In this document: positions 54,210 to 63,137 of the stretch, piece after piece | Layout of the letters: each line of letters begins with the position of its first letter | Numbering within the stretch: the stretch's first letter is position 1 | Source: an uncultured Candidatus Saccharibacteria bacterium | Lineage (GTDB): Bacteria; Patescibacteriota; Minisyncoccia; 2-02-FULL-40-12 | Direction: 5' to 3' | NCBI GenBank assembly: GCA_964368135.1 | Contig: CAYIZI010000001.1 | Span: 42,926-106,925 of the forward strand | DNA: 64,000 nt | Notes under the pieces: generated by a model | Seen by the model: only the letters and a program-made list of their open reading frames with translations | Databases searched by the model: none | Told to the model about the DNA's origin: nothing | Made by a program: the position numbers and the translations under genes

Positions 54210-55785
54210 TAATCCGCAGTTTGCTTTGTTGGTTAGTTACTGTGTAGATAACGTCGTTCTCATAAGCAAAGTTTTGCGGGTCTACTGAAAAGTTATAGGG
54301 ACAGGTATCCCATCTCTCAATATTGGCCGGATCACTTACATCTAAAACAAGAAAGGGGTCGTTGGGATCTCTTGTTGTAACAAAAGCTAACTGTCCTGAA
54401 ACTTTAATGCCGGTAATGCCCGCACCCTGGTTATAATTAAAAAAATCATTAAAGTTTACTGACCCAGGAGCAGAAGATAAGTCGTTAGTATCAACAACGT
54501 AAAAATCTCGGTCATTCCCTGGATTTGAACGTCCTATTCCAAGATAAATTTTATTTCCAATAACATATAAATCTCTCCCGTCTTTTGAACTTGCCGAACC
54601 GTCGGCTCTTTCCGCATCAAAGGTACCGGCAATAGTTATATTTAAAGGATTGGCTATATTAAGAACGATAATTTCCTCGTTATTAGAAGAAGTGGCAAGA
54701 TAGGCCCTATCCTCTCTTACTTCAATATCATTGATATTATGATCTACTTGGGTAGAGCCTGTATTCCCAAGGTGAACGGGGTTTGTTGGATCAGTTACAT
54801 CAAAAATGTGAAACTCCGAACCGCCAACTCTATGGGTACCTATATAAATGCGGTTATTGTAATAAGCAATGCTTCGTCCGCCGGGACAAGTAAAATTACA
54901 AGTTCCACTTACTCCGGGTAAAGACACAGAAGCAATTTGAATAGGCGCCGCGGGGTCAGTCACATCAATTACCTGGAGTTGGCCGCTGGCTTTTTCATTG
55001 CCGCTGCCACTGCCGTCATCCGGATCGTAAAAATCTCCGTGGATACTGGCCGCAAAAATATAACGTTTATTTAACGATTGAAAATCAACGGCCACTAAAT
55101 CAACAATCCCGTTTAGTTTTTTACCTGGTCCCCAATCCACCCCGATACTCCCTAAAAAAACTGGGTTTGAAGTATTAGCCGCATCATAAATAAATAGGTC
55201 ATCTAAATTTTCATTAGAATCATAGACCCCTAAGTAAACAATCTTATTCAGGACGGCAATACTTTCACCGTTAACAGTATTTATAATAATATTGTCGTGA
55301 TTGGTTACGGGATTCCTCCAATTATCATTTGACGGAGATATTATGGAACAATTACTGCCAGCATCAATAAAAGCTTTTAGACTGCCGATAATACTAGAAA
55401 TACTTATTGATTGAGGCCTGTTTTCCACATCCCAATCAATAGTACTTTTAATTTCTTTGACACAGGGAGAGATATCTAATACTTCTAAAGTTTTAGTGTA
55501 AATGTCAGTCGTAGTCGGAGTTGTAGAAATAATGGAGTTAAATTCTCCGACTGTACCACGAGATTGAGCTCGAGTATTCTCAAGTTCCTCTTGAGCAAAA
55601 TACAAAGCTTCCTGATTTGTCTCGGTGTCTATTTCGGTTGACTGACCGCCAAACAAAACCATTATCACCGCGGAAATCGTCAAAACGAAAATAAACATCG
55701 CAATCATAATTTCCATTGTGGTCAGACCGCTTTCTAACCCGCTCTGGCGCTTAAGTTTCTTAGTAATTGATCCGGCCTTGTTCAT
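54184..55785 (-). CDS. Prepilin-leader protein fused to an LVIVD-repeat beta-propeller domain, candidate pilus tip adhesin
   Basis: N-terminal SG-LTTMEIMIAMFIF (Glu at +5). The C-terminal ~430 aa carry repeated LQVIDVTDPAAP / FHIFDVTDPTNP / FLVLDVSDPAN / IIVLNIANPLN LVIVD-type repeats. Confidence 0.7.
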   Translation of the reverse strand: MNKAGSITKKLKRQSGLESGLTTMEIMIAMFIFVLTISAVIMVLFGGQSTEIDTETNQEALYFAQEELENTRAQSRGTVGEFNSIISTTPTTTDIYTKTLEVLDISPCVKEIKSTIDWDVENRPQSISISSIIGSLKAFIDAGSNCSIISPSNDNWRNPVTNHDNIIINTVNGESIAVLNKIVYLGVYDSNENLDDLFIYDAANTSNPVFLGSIGVDWGPGKKLNGIVDLVAVDFQSLNKRYIFAASIHGDFYDPDDGSGSGNEKASGQLQVIDVTDPAAPIQIASVSLPGVSGTCNFTCPGGRSIAYYNNRIYIGTHRVGGSEFHIFDVTDPTNPVHLGNTGSTQVDHNINDIEVREDRAYLATSSNNEEIIVLNIANPLNITIAGTFDAERADGSASSKDGRDLYVIGNKIYLGIGRSNPGNDRDFYVVDTNDLSSAPGSVNFNDFFNYNQGAGITGIKVSGQLAFVTTRDPNDPFLVLDVSDPANIERWDTCPYNFSVDPQNFAYENDVIYTVTNQQSKLRIIEPSPVCN

Positions 55786-56233
55786 TGATGGTTATGGTTA
55801 AGGGAGGTTTACCCACGCTAATCAGAGTAATCTCAAGCGGCGCCGCCGCTACATTCCCAGTCAGCTGCTCAAAATTTATAATCCCGGACCAGGCTATCCC
55901 TAATCTTTCTATCGGGATACTTTCATTGCTTGGATCATTTGGAACGTAAACTGAACCTTCAAAAATTACAAGCTCTTTTTTAGCGTCATCATAATAAACG
56001 CTGTAAGACGACTGATTAATATTGCTGACGGCCTGATTCCTGGCTTTCTGCAAAATACTTATCACTATATCTTTGTCGTAATTAAAAGAATAGGTTCGGT
56101 AAAAATCCATACTCAAAAAAAGGCCGATGCCCATTAGCAGAACCAAAATACCGATGGCAACCAGAATTTCAATAATAGAGAATCCGTTACTACGCCGGCC
56201 GGCTAAATTAAGGCGAGAGGTTCCTGGTAATTT
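55760..56233 (-). CDS. Pseudopilin (GspH/FimT-like)
   Basis: RRSNG-FSIIEILVAIGILVLL. Start taken at MKLPGT. Confidence 0.7.
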   Translation of the reverse strand, partial: KLPGTSRLNLAGRRSNGFSIIEILVAIGILVLLMGIGLFLSMDFYRTYSFNYDKDIVISILQKARNQAVSNINQSSYSVYYDDAKKELVIFEGSVYVPNDPSNESIPIERLGIAWSGIINFEQLTGNVAAAPLEITLISVGKPPLTITINEQGRINY

Positions 56234-57278
56234 CATAAATCGGGGTAATGATTGAAACAGCAATAAAGCCGACAATCAAACCCATAAACACCATCAAAGC
56301 CGGCTCAAGGATCGTAGATAAATTCTTAGTCAGTTCGTCCATCTCGGCCTCATACATTTCGGCCAGATAAAGTAAAGTTTCATCCAAGCGGCCGGTTGAT
56401 TCGCCGATTTCAATCAAATGAGTCAAAATATGCGGGAAAAGGTCTGGCCTTCTTTCCATCTGACTGACTATTTTTTCGCCCTTAACCACGCACTTTGAAA
56501 TCTTCACAAGTTCGTTTCGGTAGACCAGATTAGTGGTCGTCTGCGAGGCAATTAAAAAAGCATTAATCACTCTGATGTCGCTTTTGATCAAAATTCCAAG
56601 GGTCCGGCAAATATTGGCCAAGTGATAATTCTTGAATATCGGACCAATCAAAGGCATTTTAAAGCTGGCCAGGTGCAGAAGATAGCGAAACTTATCCGAA
56701 GTCCTAAAAAAAACAATTAAACCAACCGCCAAAACAATAATCCCGGCAACTAAAAACAACCCATAGGCCTTCAAAAAATCAACGCTGGCAATCAGGGCCC
56801 GGGTAGTAAGGGGCAGGTTCACATTCAAACTGGCGAAAATCGGCAAAATCTTCGGGAAAATATAAAGAGTTAAAAGGCCGGCCAAACCTAAAGTAGCAAT
56901 AATTATAAAAATCGGATAAACCAGCGCGCCCATCACTTTACGCTGCAGGGCCTGCTTTTTCTTCATCTCATCGGCCAAATAGTTCAGGTTCTCGTCCAGA
57001 GTACCGCTCTCTTCGCCGACCCGAATCAAATTAATGGCCAGCTGGTCAAAGTTATGCCGAAACTTAGCCAAACTGCTTGAAAGATACTGACCGTTGGAAA
57101 CGTCTTTAATCACCTGGTCAAGAACCAATGACTTGGCGCCCGATGGACTTTGTTTTCTTAAAATATTTAAACTCTGGAGCAAGGGCACGCCGGCCTTAAC
57201 CAAAAAAGACAGCCGCTTGGCAAAAAGGGTTTTCTCTTTTACGGAAATTCTGGTAAATAACTCTCTTAATCTACTCAT
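56208..57278 (-). CDS. pilC: Type IV pilus assembly platform protein PilC (GspF family)
   Basis: Two GspF repeats and the conserved ...LVYPIFIIIATLGLAG and ...MVFMGLIVGFIAVSII helices. Confidence 0.85.
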   Translation of the reverse strand: MSRLRELFTRISVKEKTLFAKRLSFLVKAGVPLLQSLNILRKQSPSGAKSLVLDQVIKDVSNGQYLSSSLAKFRHNFDQLAINLIRVGEESGTLDENLNYLADEMKKKQALQRKVMGALVYPIFIIIATLGLAGLLTLYIFPKILPIFASLNVNLPLTTRALIASVDFLKAYGLFLVAGIIVLAVGLIVFFRTSDKFRYLLHLASFKMPLIGPIFKNYHLANICRTLGILIKSDIRVINAFLIASQTTTNLVYRNELVKISKCVVKGEKIVSQMERRPDLFPHILTHLIEIGESTGRLDETLLYLAEMYEAEMDELTKNLSTILEPALMVFMGLIVGFIAVSIITPIYEITRNLSP

Positions 57279-58503
57279 TGATCACTCTCAAAACTTCCTC
57301 CAGAGTGGTAATGCCTTCTTTGGCTTTCCTGATGCCGTCCTCAACTATAGTGGTCATCCCATTGCCGGAAGCGATTAACTTAATCTCATTGGCCGAAGCC
57401 CTCCTTAAAAAAGCTTCTCTGACCATATTGTCTACAACCATCACTTCAAATATGCCGACTCGGCCCTGAAAACCGGTCTCGCCGCATTTCTCACAGCCCC
57501 TGCCGTAATAAAACTGCCAGTTGGAATCTGAACCCAAAACCGAATTCTGGAAAAAATTTTCCAAGCTCTTCTTTTCGGCGTCGGTCAGCTTTCTTAAAGT
57601 TTTGCATTTGGGGCAAATTTTCCTGACCAATCTCTGGGCAATGGCCAAGTTGACCGTTGAAGCAACCAGGTACGGCTCAACTTTCATATCTAATAATCTG
57701 GGCAAAGTGGTGGCCGCGTCATTGGTATGCAAAGTGGACAAAAGCAGGTGGCCGGTTAAAGCGGTGTTGACAGCTAAGGCCGCGGTCTCAACATCTCTGA
57801 TTTCGCCAACCATTATTATATCGGGGTCCTGCCGTAAAATTGACCTTAGTCCGTTGGCAAAGTTTAAGCCGACCCGGGAATTAACCTGAATCTGTTCAAT
57901 TCCTTCAACCGCGTATTCAATCGGGTCCTCCACCGTGACAATTGAAACATCTTTGTTGTTTAAAAATTTTAAAACGGTGTAAAGAGTGGTGGTTTTGCCA
58001 GATCCGGTCGGTCCGGTGGCTAAAATCATGCCGTGACTTTTTTTGGCGGCCCTCAAAACCTTTTCCTTGTCTGACGGACTAAAGCCAAGTTTATCCAAAG
58101 TGTATTCTTCTTCCTTATCTGATAAAAGACGCAAAACCGCGTTCTCGCCGTAATAGGTTGGAGCTACGGAAACGCGAATATCAATCGGCGCCTGCCCGTC
58201 AAAAGCAATACTGAACCGGCCGTCTTGAGCAGTCTGGTGTTCGTCAGTCCTTAAGTTTGATAAAATTTTAATTCTGGAAACCACCTCTGATTTGATTTCT
58301 CTTGGAAAAGTAAAAAAATCCTGCAAAACGCCGTCAATTCTAAACCTGATTCTGACTCCCTTTGTGCCCGGGTCAATATGAATATCCGAAGCCCGCGAGT
58401 TGTGGGCGTATTCTATTAAGTTGTCCACCAGGCTGATTAAGGAAATCTGTTCAGAGTTTTGCTCAATTTCCCGCTCAATTTTATTTCTTAGTTCTGTTGA
58501 CAT
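57271..58503 (-). CDS. pilB: Type IV pilus assembly ATPase PilB (GspE family), short form
   Basis: Walker A GPTGSGKTTT, Asp box, His box and the tetracysteine CPKC...CEKC motif that distinguishes PilB/GspE from PilT. Confidence 0.85.
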   Translation of the reverse strand: MSTELRNKIEREIEQNSEQISLISLVDNLIEYAHNSRASDIHIDPGTKGVRIRFRIDGVLQDFFTFPREIKSEVVSRIKILSNLRTDEHQTAQDGRFSIAFDGQAPIDIRVSVAPTYYGENAVLRLLSDKEEEYTLDKLGFSPSDKEKVLRAAKKSHGMILATGPTGSGKTTTLYTVLKFLNNKDVSIVTVEDPIEYAVEGIEQIQVNSRVGLNFANGLRSILRQDPDIIMVGEIRDVETAALAVNTALTGHLLLSTLHTNDAATTLPRLLDMKVEPYLVASTVNLAIAQRLVRKICPKCKTLRKLTDAEKKSLENFFQNSVLGSDSNWQFYYGRGCEKCGETGFQGRVGIFEVMVVDNMVREAFLRRASANEIKLIASGNGMTTIVEDGIRKAKEGITTLEEVLRVINE

Positions 58504-58583
58504 TAGAGAAAAATTAATCTTAATCGTATAATCTTATATCTTTCCTTTGAATATAGTCAACAAAAAAAGCCCAAAGAGCCATG

Positions 58584-58613
58584 GAACATAATAAATTCAG
58601 AAAAGGTGCGGGG
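58584..58613. repeat. 30-bp perfect direct repeat, copy 1 (GAACATAATAAATTCAGAAAAGGTGCGGGG)
   Basis: Identical to 59430-59459. On the minus strand it encodes the last 6 codons of dedA (YTPHLF-stop) followed by ATGTTC. Confidence 0.7.
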
Positions 58614-59181
58614 TGTATAGGCCAATAAACGCAGCCAGGGTGTTAAAAACGATATTGCCTAAAGTCATCGGAATCATCAGCCGCCAGTAAGGATAGTGAA
58701 TAAAACCAAGGGGCATGACCACCAAATCATCAGGCAGAGGGATAAAAGCGCCGTAGCTGAAAATGGCCAGACTGGCCAGCCACTTGGGATGAGACAAAGA
58801 CCATTCATAAGCCCGGTCAATGGTTTTTTGAATTCTTGAAGGGATAATTTCCCGGCCATGATATGCAATAACATAAGAAGTTGAATCACCCAAGAAAAGG
58901 CCGATGCCGGCCACAAAACCCAAAAGAAATGGGTTTAACCCGCCGGCGGCAAAAGTCATCACAAAGAGATAATAAGGAATCGGAACAAAGGTTGAGATGC
59001 CGCCCAAGAAAGCCAAAACAAAGGTAATCAAATAGCCGTTTCGGACGCCCAGAATCTCAATAATGTCAGCCGGCGGAATCCGGTAAATAAAAACTGTCCA
59101 GGCGACAAAAAGAGCAATCAGGATTAAAAAAGGAAATTGGGCTTTACTAACTATCCCCCGCACCTTTTCTGAATAGGTCAA
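58597..59181 (-). CDS. dedA: DedA-family (VTT/SNARE-associated domain) membrane protein
   Basis: FLGGISTFVPIPYYLFVMTFAAGG...GDSTSYVIAYHG matches the DedA core. Confidence 0.7.
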   Translation of the reverse strand: MTYSEKVRGIVSKAQFPFLILIALFVAWTVFIYRIPPADIIEILGVRNGYLITFVLAFLGGISTFVPIPYYLFVMTFAAGGLNPFLLGFVAGIGLFLGDSTSYVIAYHGREIIPSRIQKTIDRAYEWSLSHPKWLASLAIFSYGAFIPLPDDLVVMPLGFIHYPYWRLMIPMTLGNIVFNTLAAFIGLYTPHLF

Positions 59182-59435
59182 GACGACAAACTGCCGAGTA
59201 TTCTTCTCTTAAGCTGAGAATATACTTTACCGAACTGTTTCAGTTTTTTCTCACGGTTTCTGACGTCTTGACCGTTTAGATAACCTTCACAATAAACTAA
59301 CTTCCAAGGAATGAAAGCTTTAGTCGACCGATTATATCCTAAATTATGTTCTCTTATCCTTTTTAAAATATTAGTTGTTATGCCAATATATAATTTCTTG
59401 TTTTTATCGCTTTTCAATAAATAGACATAGAACAT
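59178..59435 (-). CDS. Stand-alone GIY-YIG nuclease family protein (~85 aa)
   Basis: MFYVYLLKSDKNKKLYIGITTNILKRIREHN...KLKQFGKV gives the GIY-YIG core. The ORF-track N-terminal 110 aa overlap the upstream gene in another frame and are rejected. Confidence 0.7.
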   Translation of the reverse strand: MFYVYLLKSDKNKKLYIGITTNILKRIREHNLGYNRSTKAFIPWKLVYCEGYLNGQDVRNREKKLKQFGKVYSQLKRRILGSLSS

Positions 59436-59459
59436 AATAAATTCAGAAAAGGTGCGGGG
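59430..59459. repeat. 30-bp perfect direct repeat, copy 2
   Basis: On the minus strand it holds the ATG and the 21 nt upstream of the GIY-YIG gene. Confidence 0.7.
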
Positions 59460-59463
59460 TTCA

Positions 59464-60501
59464 CTATTTGTTTTGATTCTTGAAAGACGGATAGCGGTCT
59501 GGGTCAATGGTTCGGCTGAAGCAAGTTCTTTCAGCGTCATGGAGCCAGCTTTCTTCAGTAATGCCAGGGTAAGGATAATAAAGCTCGCGGGGGGCCAAAG
59601 GCACTGGTTTTGCTCCGCTCTTTTCCGGCTCCTGCTTGTTTGAGGTCTTAAAAGTGGCGCAAAGCTCAAACTGCAAAGTACCGCGAACTCGGTATTCATA
59701 CGAGTCCCCTGTTTCCGGGTCAGCCGGCGGGATGAAGCCACGGATATCGTCGCGAAGCTGATCAAGATTTTGAGGCAATGTTTCTTTGGCCTGCCAAAAG
59801 TTTATAATTTCATTCTGAATCGCCTGTAGATCCGAAATTCTCCGCTCATCAAATCTCTTCAAGCGCTGGGCAATTGGCGAACCGGCCGTAACAAAGCCGA
59901 TGACGATGAAAAAAATGCCAGCCAGGGAAACCAACCAAACGAACCATCTCATTTTCGGGTCTTTAGCGGCCGGAACTTTCCGCCGGATATTCCACAAGTA
60001 ATAGGTAAACACCGCTAAAGCAATAACCAGAACGGTCAAAATCTTAAGCACAAATTGAGTGGTTAAATCTCCATTAAGATAGCGATAAATAAGAGCGATT
60101 AAATCAGCGACAATAATGATGGCGGCAACAAAAAGCGTAAAATGCAAAAGCCATTTCCTGACTTTTAATTCTTTTTTCTCGGGATTCCGTTCAAGGTCTT
60201 TCTGAAGATAGGAGTTATACCAAAGATACAAAGGGAAAACCACGATCAGGGTAGCCAAAGGCCATCTGATGGCCTGGCGGTTATAAAAATCGTAGCTTAA
60301 AACATCGGGGAAATATATATCAATCAAACCGAAAATTAAAACACCAAAAGAAATTACCAGGACATAAAGGCCGATAATGACCAAGAGTTGGCCAAACACG
60401 TCTTTGCTCGTCGAAGGTTCCGCCCCCGACGTAAGTCGGGGTTGCGGAATCGCTGTCGGCCCGGTTTTTGCAGAATCAGTCATTGTTTTAAATTCTACCA
60501 A
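59464..60501 (-). CDS. Hypothetical integral membrane protein (5-6 TM helices, C-terminal soluble domain; DUF5671-like)
   Basis: The true start is uncertain. The annotated N-terminal ~30 aa overlap the 60408-60456 motif, and a GTG just downstream (MFGQLLVIIG...) would start at the first TM helix. Confidence 0.45.
   Translation of the reverse strand: MVEFKTMTDSAKTGPTAIPQPRLTSGAEPSTSKDVFGQLLVIIGLYVLVISFGVLIFGLIDIYFPDVLSYDFYNRQAIRWPLATLIVVFPLYLWYNSYLQKDLERNPEKKELKVRKWLLHFTLFVAAIIIVADLIALIYRYLNGDLTTQFVLKILTVLVIALAVFTYYLWNIRRKVPAAKDPKMRWFVWLVSLAGIFFIVIGFVTAGSPIAQRLKRFDERRISDLQAIQNEIINFWQAKETLPQNLDQLRDDIRGFIPPADPETGDSYEYRVRGTLQFELCATFKTSNKQEPEKSGAKPVPLAPRELYYPYPGITEESWLHDAERTCFSRTIDPDRYPSFKNQNK
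60408..60456 (+). other. Conserved ~50-nt hairpin-containing motif, copy 2
   Basis: TCGTCGAAGGTTCCGCC - CCCGAC-GTAA-GTCGGGG - TTGCGGAATCGCTGT. The flanks are identical to copy 1 at 954-1003, and the central hairpin differs but is self-complementary. Confidence 0.4.
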
Positions 60502-60522
60502 ACTTATCTAATTTTTACAAAT

Positions 60523-61005
60523 TTATTTCTTTAACTTATCATAATTTTTCCTAAACTCTTCCAGTACTTCTTGGGCGTGGATTTCCGGCTTCACCTTTTC
60601 GTAAATTTTGGCGATTTTGCCTTTAGGGTCAATTAAAAAAGAAGTGCGCAAGGTTCCGTAATACTCGCGGCCCATCATTTTTTTCTTAGCCCAAACACCG
60701 TATTTTTTAAGTACTTCTTCCCCTTCGTCAGCTAAAATCGTGAAGGGCAAGCTGTATTTTTCGGAAAATTTTTTGTGGCTTTTAACCGAATCCGCGCTCA
60801 GGCCTAAAACCTTGACCTTTATTTTTTTGAAATCCGGAAAGTTGTCGCGGATGGCGCAGGCCTCTTTGGTGCAGCCAGGCGTATCGTCTTTAGGATAAAA
60901 ATACAAAAGCACCCACTGACCCCGATAATCGGAAAGTTTGTGAATTTTACTATCTTGGTCCGGCAAATTGAAATCCGGCGCAACTTGCCCTATTTTCAGC
61001 TTCAT
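60523..61005 (-). CDS. bcp: Thioredoxin-dependent thiol peroxidase (Bcp/PrxQ peroxiredoxin)
   Basis: [19 protein letters not shown] with the peroxidatic and resolving Cys. Confidence 0.85.
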   Translation of the reverse strand: MKLKIGQVAPDFNLPDQDSKIHKLSDYRGQWVLLYFYPKDDTPGCTKEACAIRDNFPDFKKIKVKVLGLSADSVKSHKKFSEKYSLPFTILADEGEEVLKKYGVWAKKKMMGREYYGTLRTSFLIDPKGKIAKIYEKVKPEIHAQEVLEEFRKNYDKLKK

Positions 61006-61029
61006 ATAAAAATTCTATCATAATATCAT

Positions 61030-61647
61030 ATGAATCCAAAAACTATTAGATACTTTATAATAGGATTTGCCTATCTGGCGGTGGCTTATCCTTTATGGGT
61101 GAGATTTAGAAGTTTAACCTGGGTTTTTGATTTTGATTTGCTGCTGTCCAATCTCTTTCCGATGTTCGGGCTGGCCGCTTTTGCAATTTTATGGCTTCAT
61201 GTTGTAAGCGGCGTGTTTGAACCGTGGCTAAGAGAAAATTTTGACTTTGACCGCTTCGTCAACAACACCTCGTTTCTGCTTTTTATTTTTATAATCCTCC
61301 ACCCGCTTTTACTGCTGATCAGTTTGAATTTCAGTTTCAGCAATTTGTTTCTGGCTTACGGCGTTCGCTCCGTTTGGCTTGGCATTATCGCCTGGCTTTT
61401 GCTTATCACCTATGACATTGGCAAGGCCTTTAAAAAACGGGGCTTCTTTAGCTCAAATTGGAATAATATTTTAATCATAAGCACAGTTGGAATTATATTG
61501 ATATTTTTCCACTCTTTAGATTTAGGAAGCGATTTGCAGTCAGGACACTTGAGAGTTATTTGGCTTTTTTACGGCCTGACCGCCATCATTGCCGCGATTT
61601 ATGTTTATGGAATAAAAAGATTTTTGATCTCCTCTCATAAAATTTGA
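61030..61647 (+). CDS. Hypothetical integral membrane protein (6 TM helices, His residues within the helices)
   Basis: 205-aa hydrophobic ORF, divergent from bcp. No family assigned. Confidence 0.5.
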   Translation: MNPKTIRYFIIGFAYLAVAYPLWVRFRSLTWVFDFDLLLSNLFPMFGLAAFAILWLHVVSGVFEPWLRENFDFDRFVNNTSFLLFIFIILHPLLLLISLNFSFSNLFLAYGVRSVWLGIIAWLLLITYDIGKAFKKRGFFSSNWNNILIISTVGIILIFFHSLDLGSDLQSGHLRVIWLFYGLTAIIAAIYVYGIKRFLISSHKI

Positions 61648-61712
61648 TTTCCCATTTTTACTCAACAATCCGGAAAATCTCTGGATTTAGAGTATTAACA
61701 ACAAGGACTCAT

Positions 61713-61868
61713 TTATATCCCAAGAAATCTCAGCAACTCGTAAACAAGAAAAGCTGGCCAGAGAATCGCTTTTAGCAGACCTAAAACTATCGCCCCAAAG
61801 CCATCAGCTTGGGACAAATAGTATATCGCCGCGCCAATGAAGCCTAATCCGTAGACAGGACTTTTCAT
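61713..61868 (-). CDS. Possible unannotated 51-aa small membrane protein
   Basis: Manually read minus-strand ORF MKSPVYGLGFIGAAIYYLSQADGFGAIVLGLLKAILWPAFLVYELLRFLGI, with two predicted TM helices. Confidence 0.25.
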   Translation of the reverse strand: MKSPVYGLGFIGAAIYYLSQADGFGAIVLGLLKAILWPAFLVYELLRFLGI

Positions 61869-62245
61869 AGCTGCACTATCTTTGTGAAAAAAGCCAATCC
61901 ATCAACCGCTTGCGGTGCTTCTCAATTGACCAATCTTCAGATTTTTTGAAAAGCGAAGAGTGGGTAATCTGAAATTCTTTCAAGGCTTTGCTTGTTGCTT
62001 GCGGAAAATCTTCGGGAATACTCTTATTATAATTTTCAATAAAAACACCTAAAGATGTAGTAATTTGATTTTGCTCAAATTCGTTGCTCTTAGATCTCAT
62101 CAGTTTAAGATAGCATAAATCACTCGAAAATGAAAGAGATAACTTACTTATTAGATAAGGCGCGAGCTTCTTGAAAAAAAATGCAAAAAGACTATAGTAT
62201 TTTCAATTAGGTCGATTCAGGTTTATTAAAGAAAACCCAACAAAT

Positions 62246-62449
62246 ATGAGCAAATTCTCAATGACCTGTTCCTGCGGCCACACAATGGCGGTTGAAGCAG
62301 CCAGCCAGGCCGAAGCAGTCAAAAAGCTTAAAGGCATGATGAATAAAGCAGCGGTTAAAGCTCACCTGGCTGAAAAACACGCTGGCCAGCCAATGATGAC
62401 CGTGGCAGACGTTCACGCCGCAATTGAAAAGACCACTGTTCTCGTCTAA
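62246..62449 (+). CDS. Small putative metal-binding protein (CSCGH motif), GC-richer than background
   Basis: 67 aa with a Cys-x-Cys-Gly-His motif and an Ala/Lys-rich helix. Followed by a clean terminator. Confidence 0.4.
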   Translation: MSKFSMTCSCGHTMAVEAASQAEAVKKLKGMMNKAAVKAHLAEKHAGQPMMTVADVHAAIEKTTVLV

Positions 62450-62467
62450 GTTTTTATCAGCATAAAT

Positions 62468-62497
62468 AAAACCGCTTAAAAATTAAAAGCGGTTTTA
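62468..62497. terminator. Intrinsic terminator AAACCGCTT-AAAAATTAA-AAGCGGTTT with flanking A/T runs
   Basis: Read directly, 20 nt after the stop of the 62246-62449 gene. Confidence 0.6.
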
Positions 62498-62573
62498 TTT
62501 ATGCTCCGACTGTTGGATGCGTTTAGAATGGAGTTATGGACTAGGAGTCGGGGTTGGACTGGGGCTTCCTATT

Positions 62574-63062
62574 TTATGGTTTCACCTCGCCTGGTTCGGT
62601 TGCATCCTTGGTCACTATAAAAATCGTCATCACCGATTCGCCGCTGATAGAATCCTTTGCGGGGTAGTCTTCCCCGGCCTCAAATACTTTGTCTCCGTCA
62701 TCGAGATGAATCATGGCGTAGAGCGTCTCACCATCCACGGTCATCCGGGAAAAAACGACCAAGACATCTTTTGTTTCGCCTTTAGAGAGTAAAGCGCTGG
62801 CGCCCAAAATTTTGCCGGGCCTGCCGTTTATATCTTCATGAATAACCACAAAACCAGGTCTCTCAAATTGGACAACCGCCACTGACACATTTTTGGCCGG
62901 TACCTGCTCCGCAACATAGATCGCATTTTTCGCGATAATAAGACCGGTGGAGTCTCCATTAAGGCGGCCGGGCTCGGGAGTTTCTCTAAGGAATAAAAAT
63001 GTTGCGCCGAGGCCAATAGCAATAAGAATAACAAGAATAAAGAAGGTTTTTGTATTCATCAT
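62574..63062 (-). CDS. Hypothetical N-terminally membrane-anchored secreted protein
   Basis: TM anchor KTFFILVILIAIGLGATFLF followed by a ~140-aa soluble domain. Start taken at MMNTK. Confidence 0.45.
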   Translation of the reverse strand: MMNTKTFFILVILIAIGLGATFLFLRETPEPGRLNGDSTGLIIAKNAIYVAEQVPAKNVSVAVVQFERPGFVVIHEDINGRPGKILGASALLSKGETKDVLVVFSRMTVDGETLYAMIHLDDGDKVFEAGEDYPAKDSISGESVMTIFIVTKDATEPGEVKP

Positions 63063-63137
63063 ATTAAGAATATATAATCTACAAAAATAAACAACCCCTT
63101 GCAAGGGATTGTTTATTTTTATTCTCTCAAAGCAATT

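Noticed and set aside
59436-59765. N-terminal 110-aa extension of the GIY-YIG ORF in the ORF track
   Set aside because: It is not protein-like (Ser/Arg/Leu-rich) and overlaps the 3' end of the upstream membrane-protein gene in a different frame. The GIY-YIG domain starts at the internal Met at 59435, which coincides with the direct repeat.
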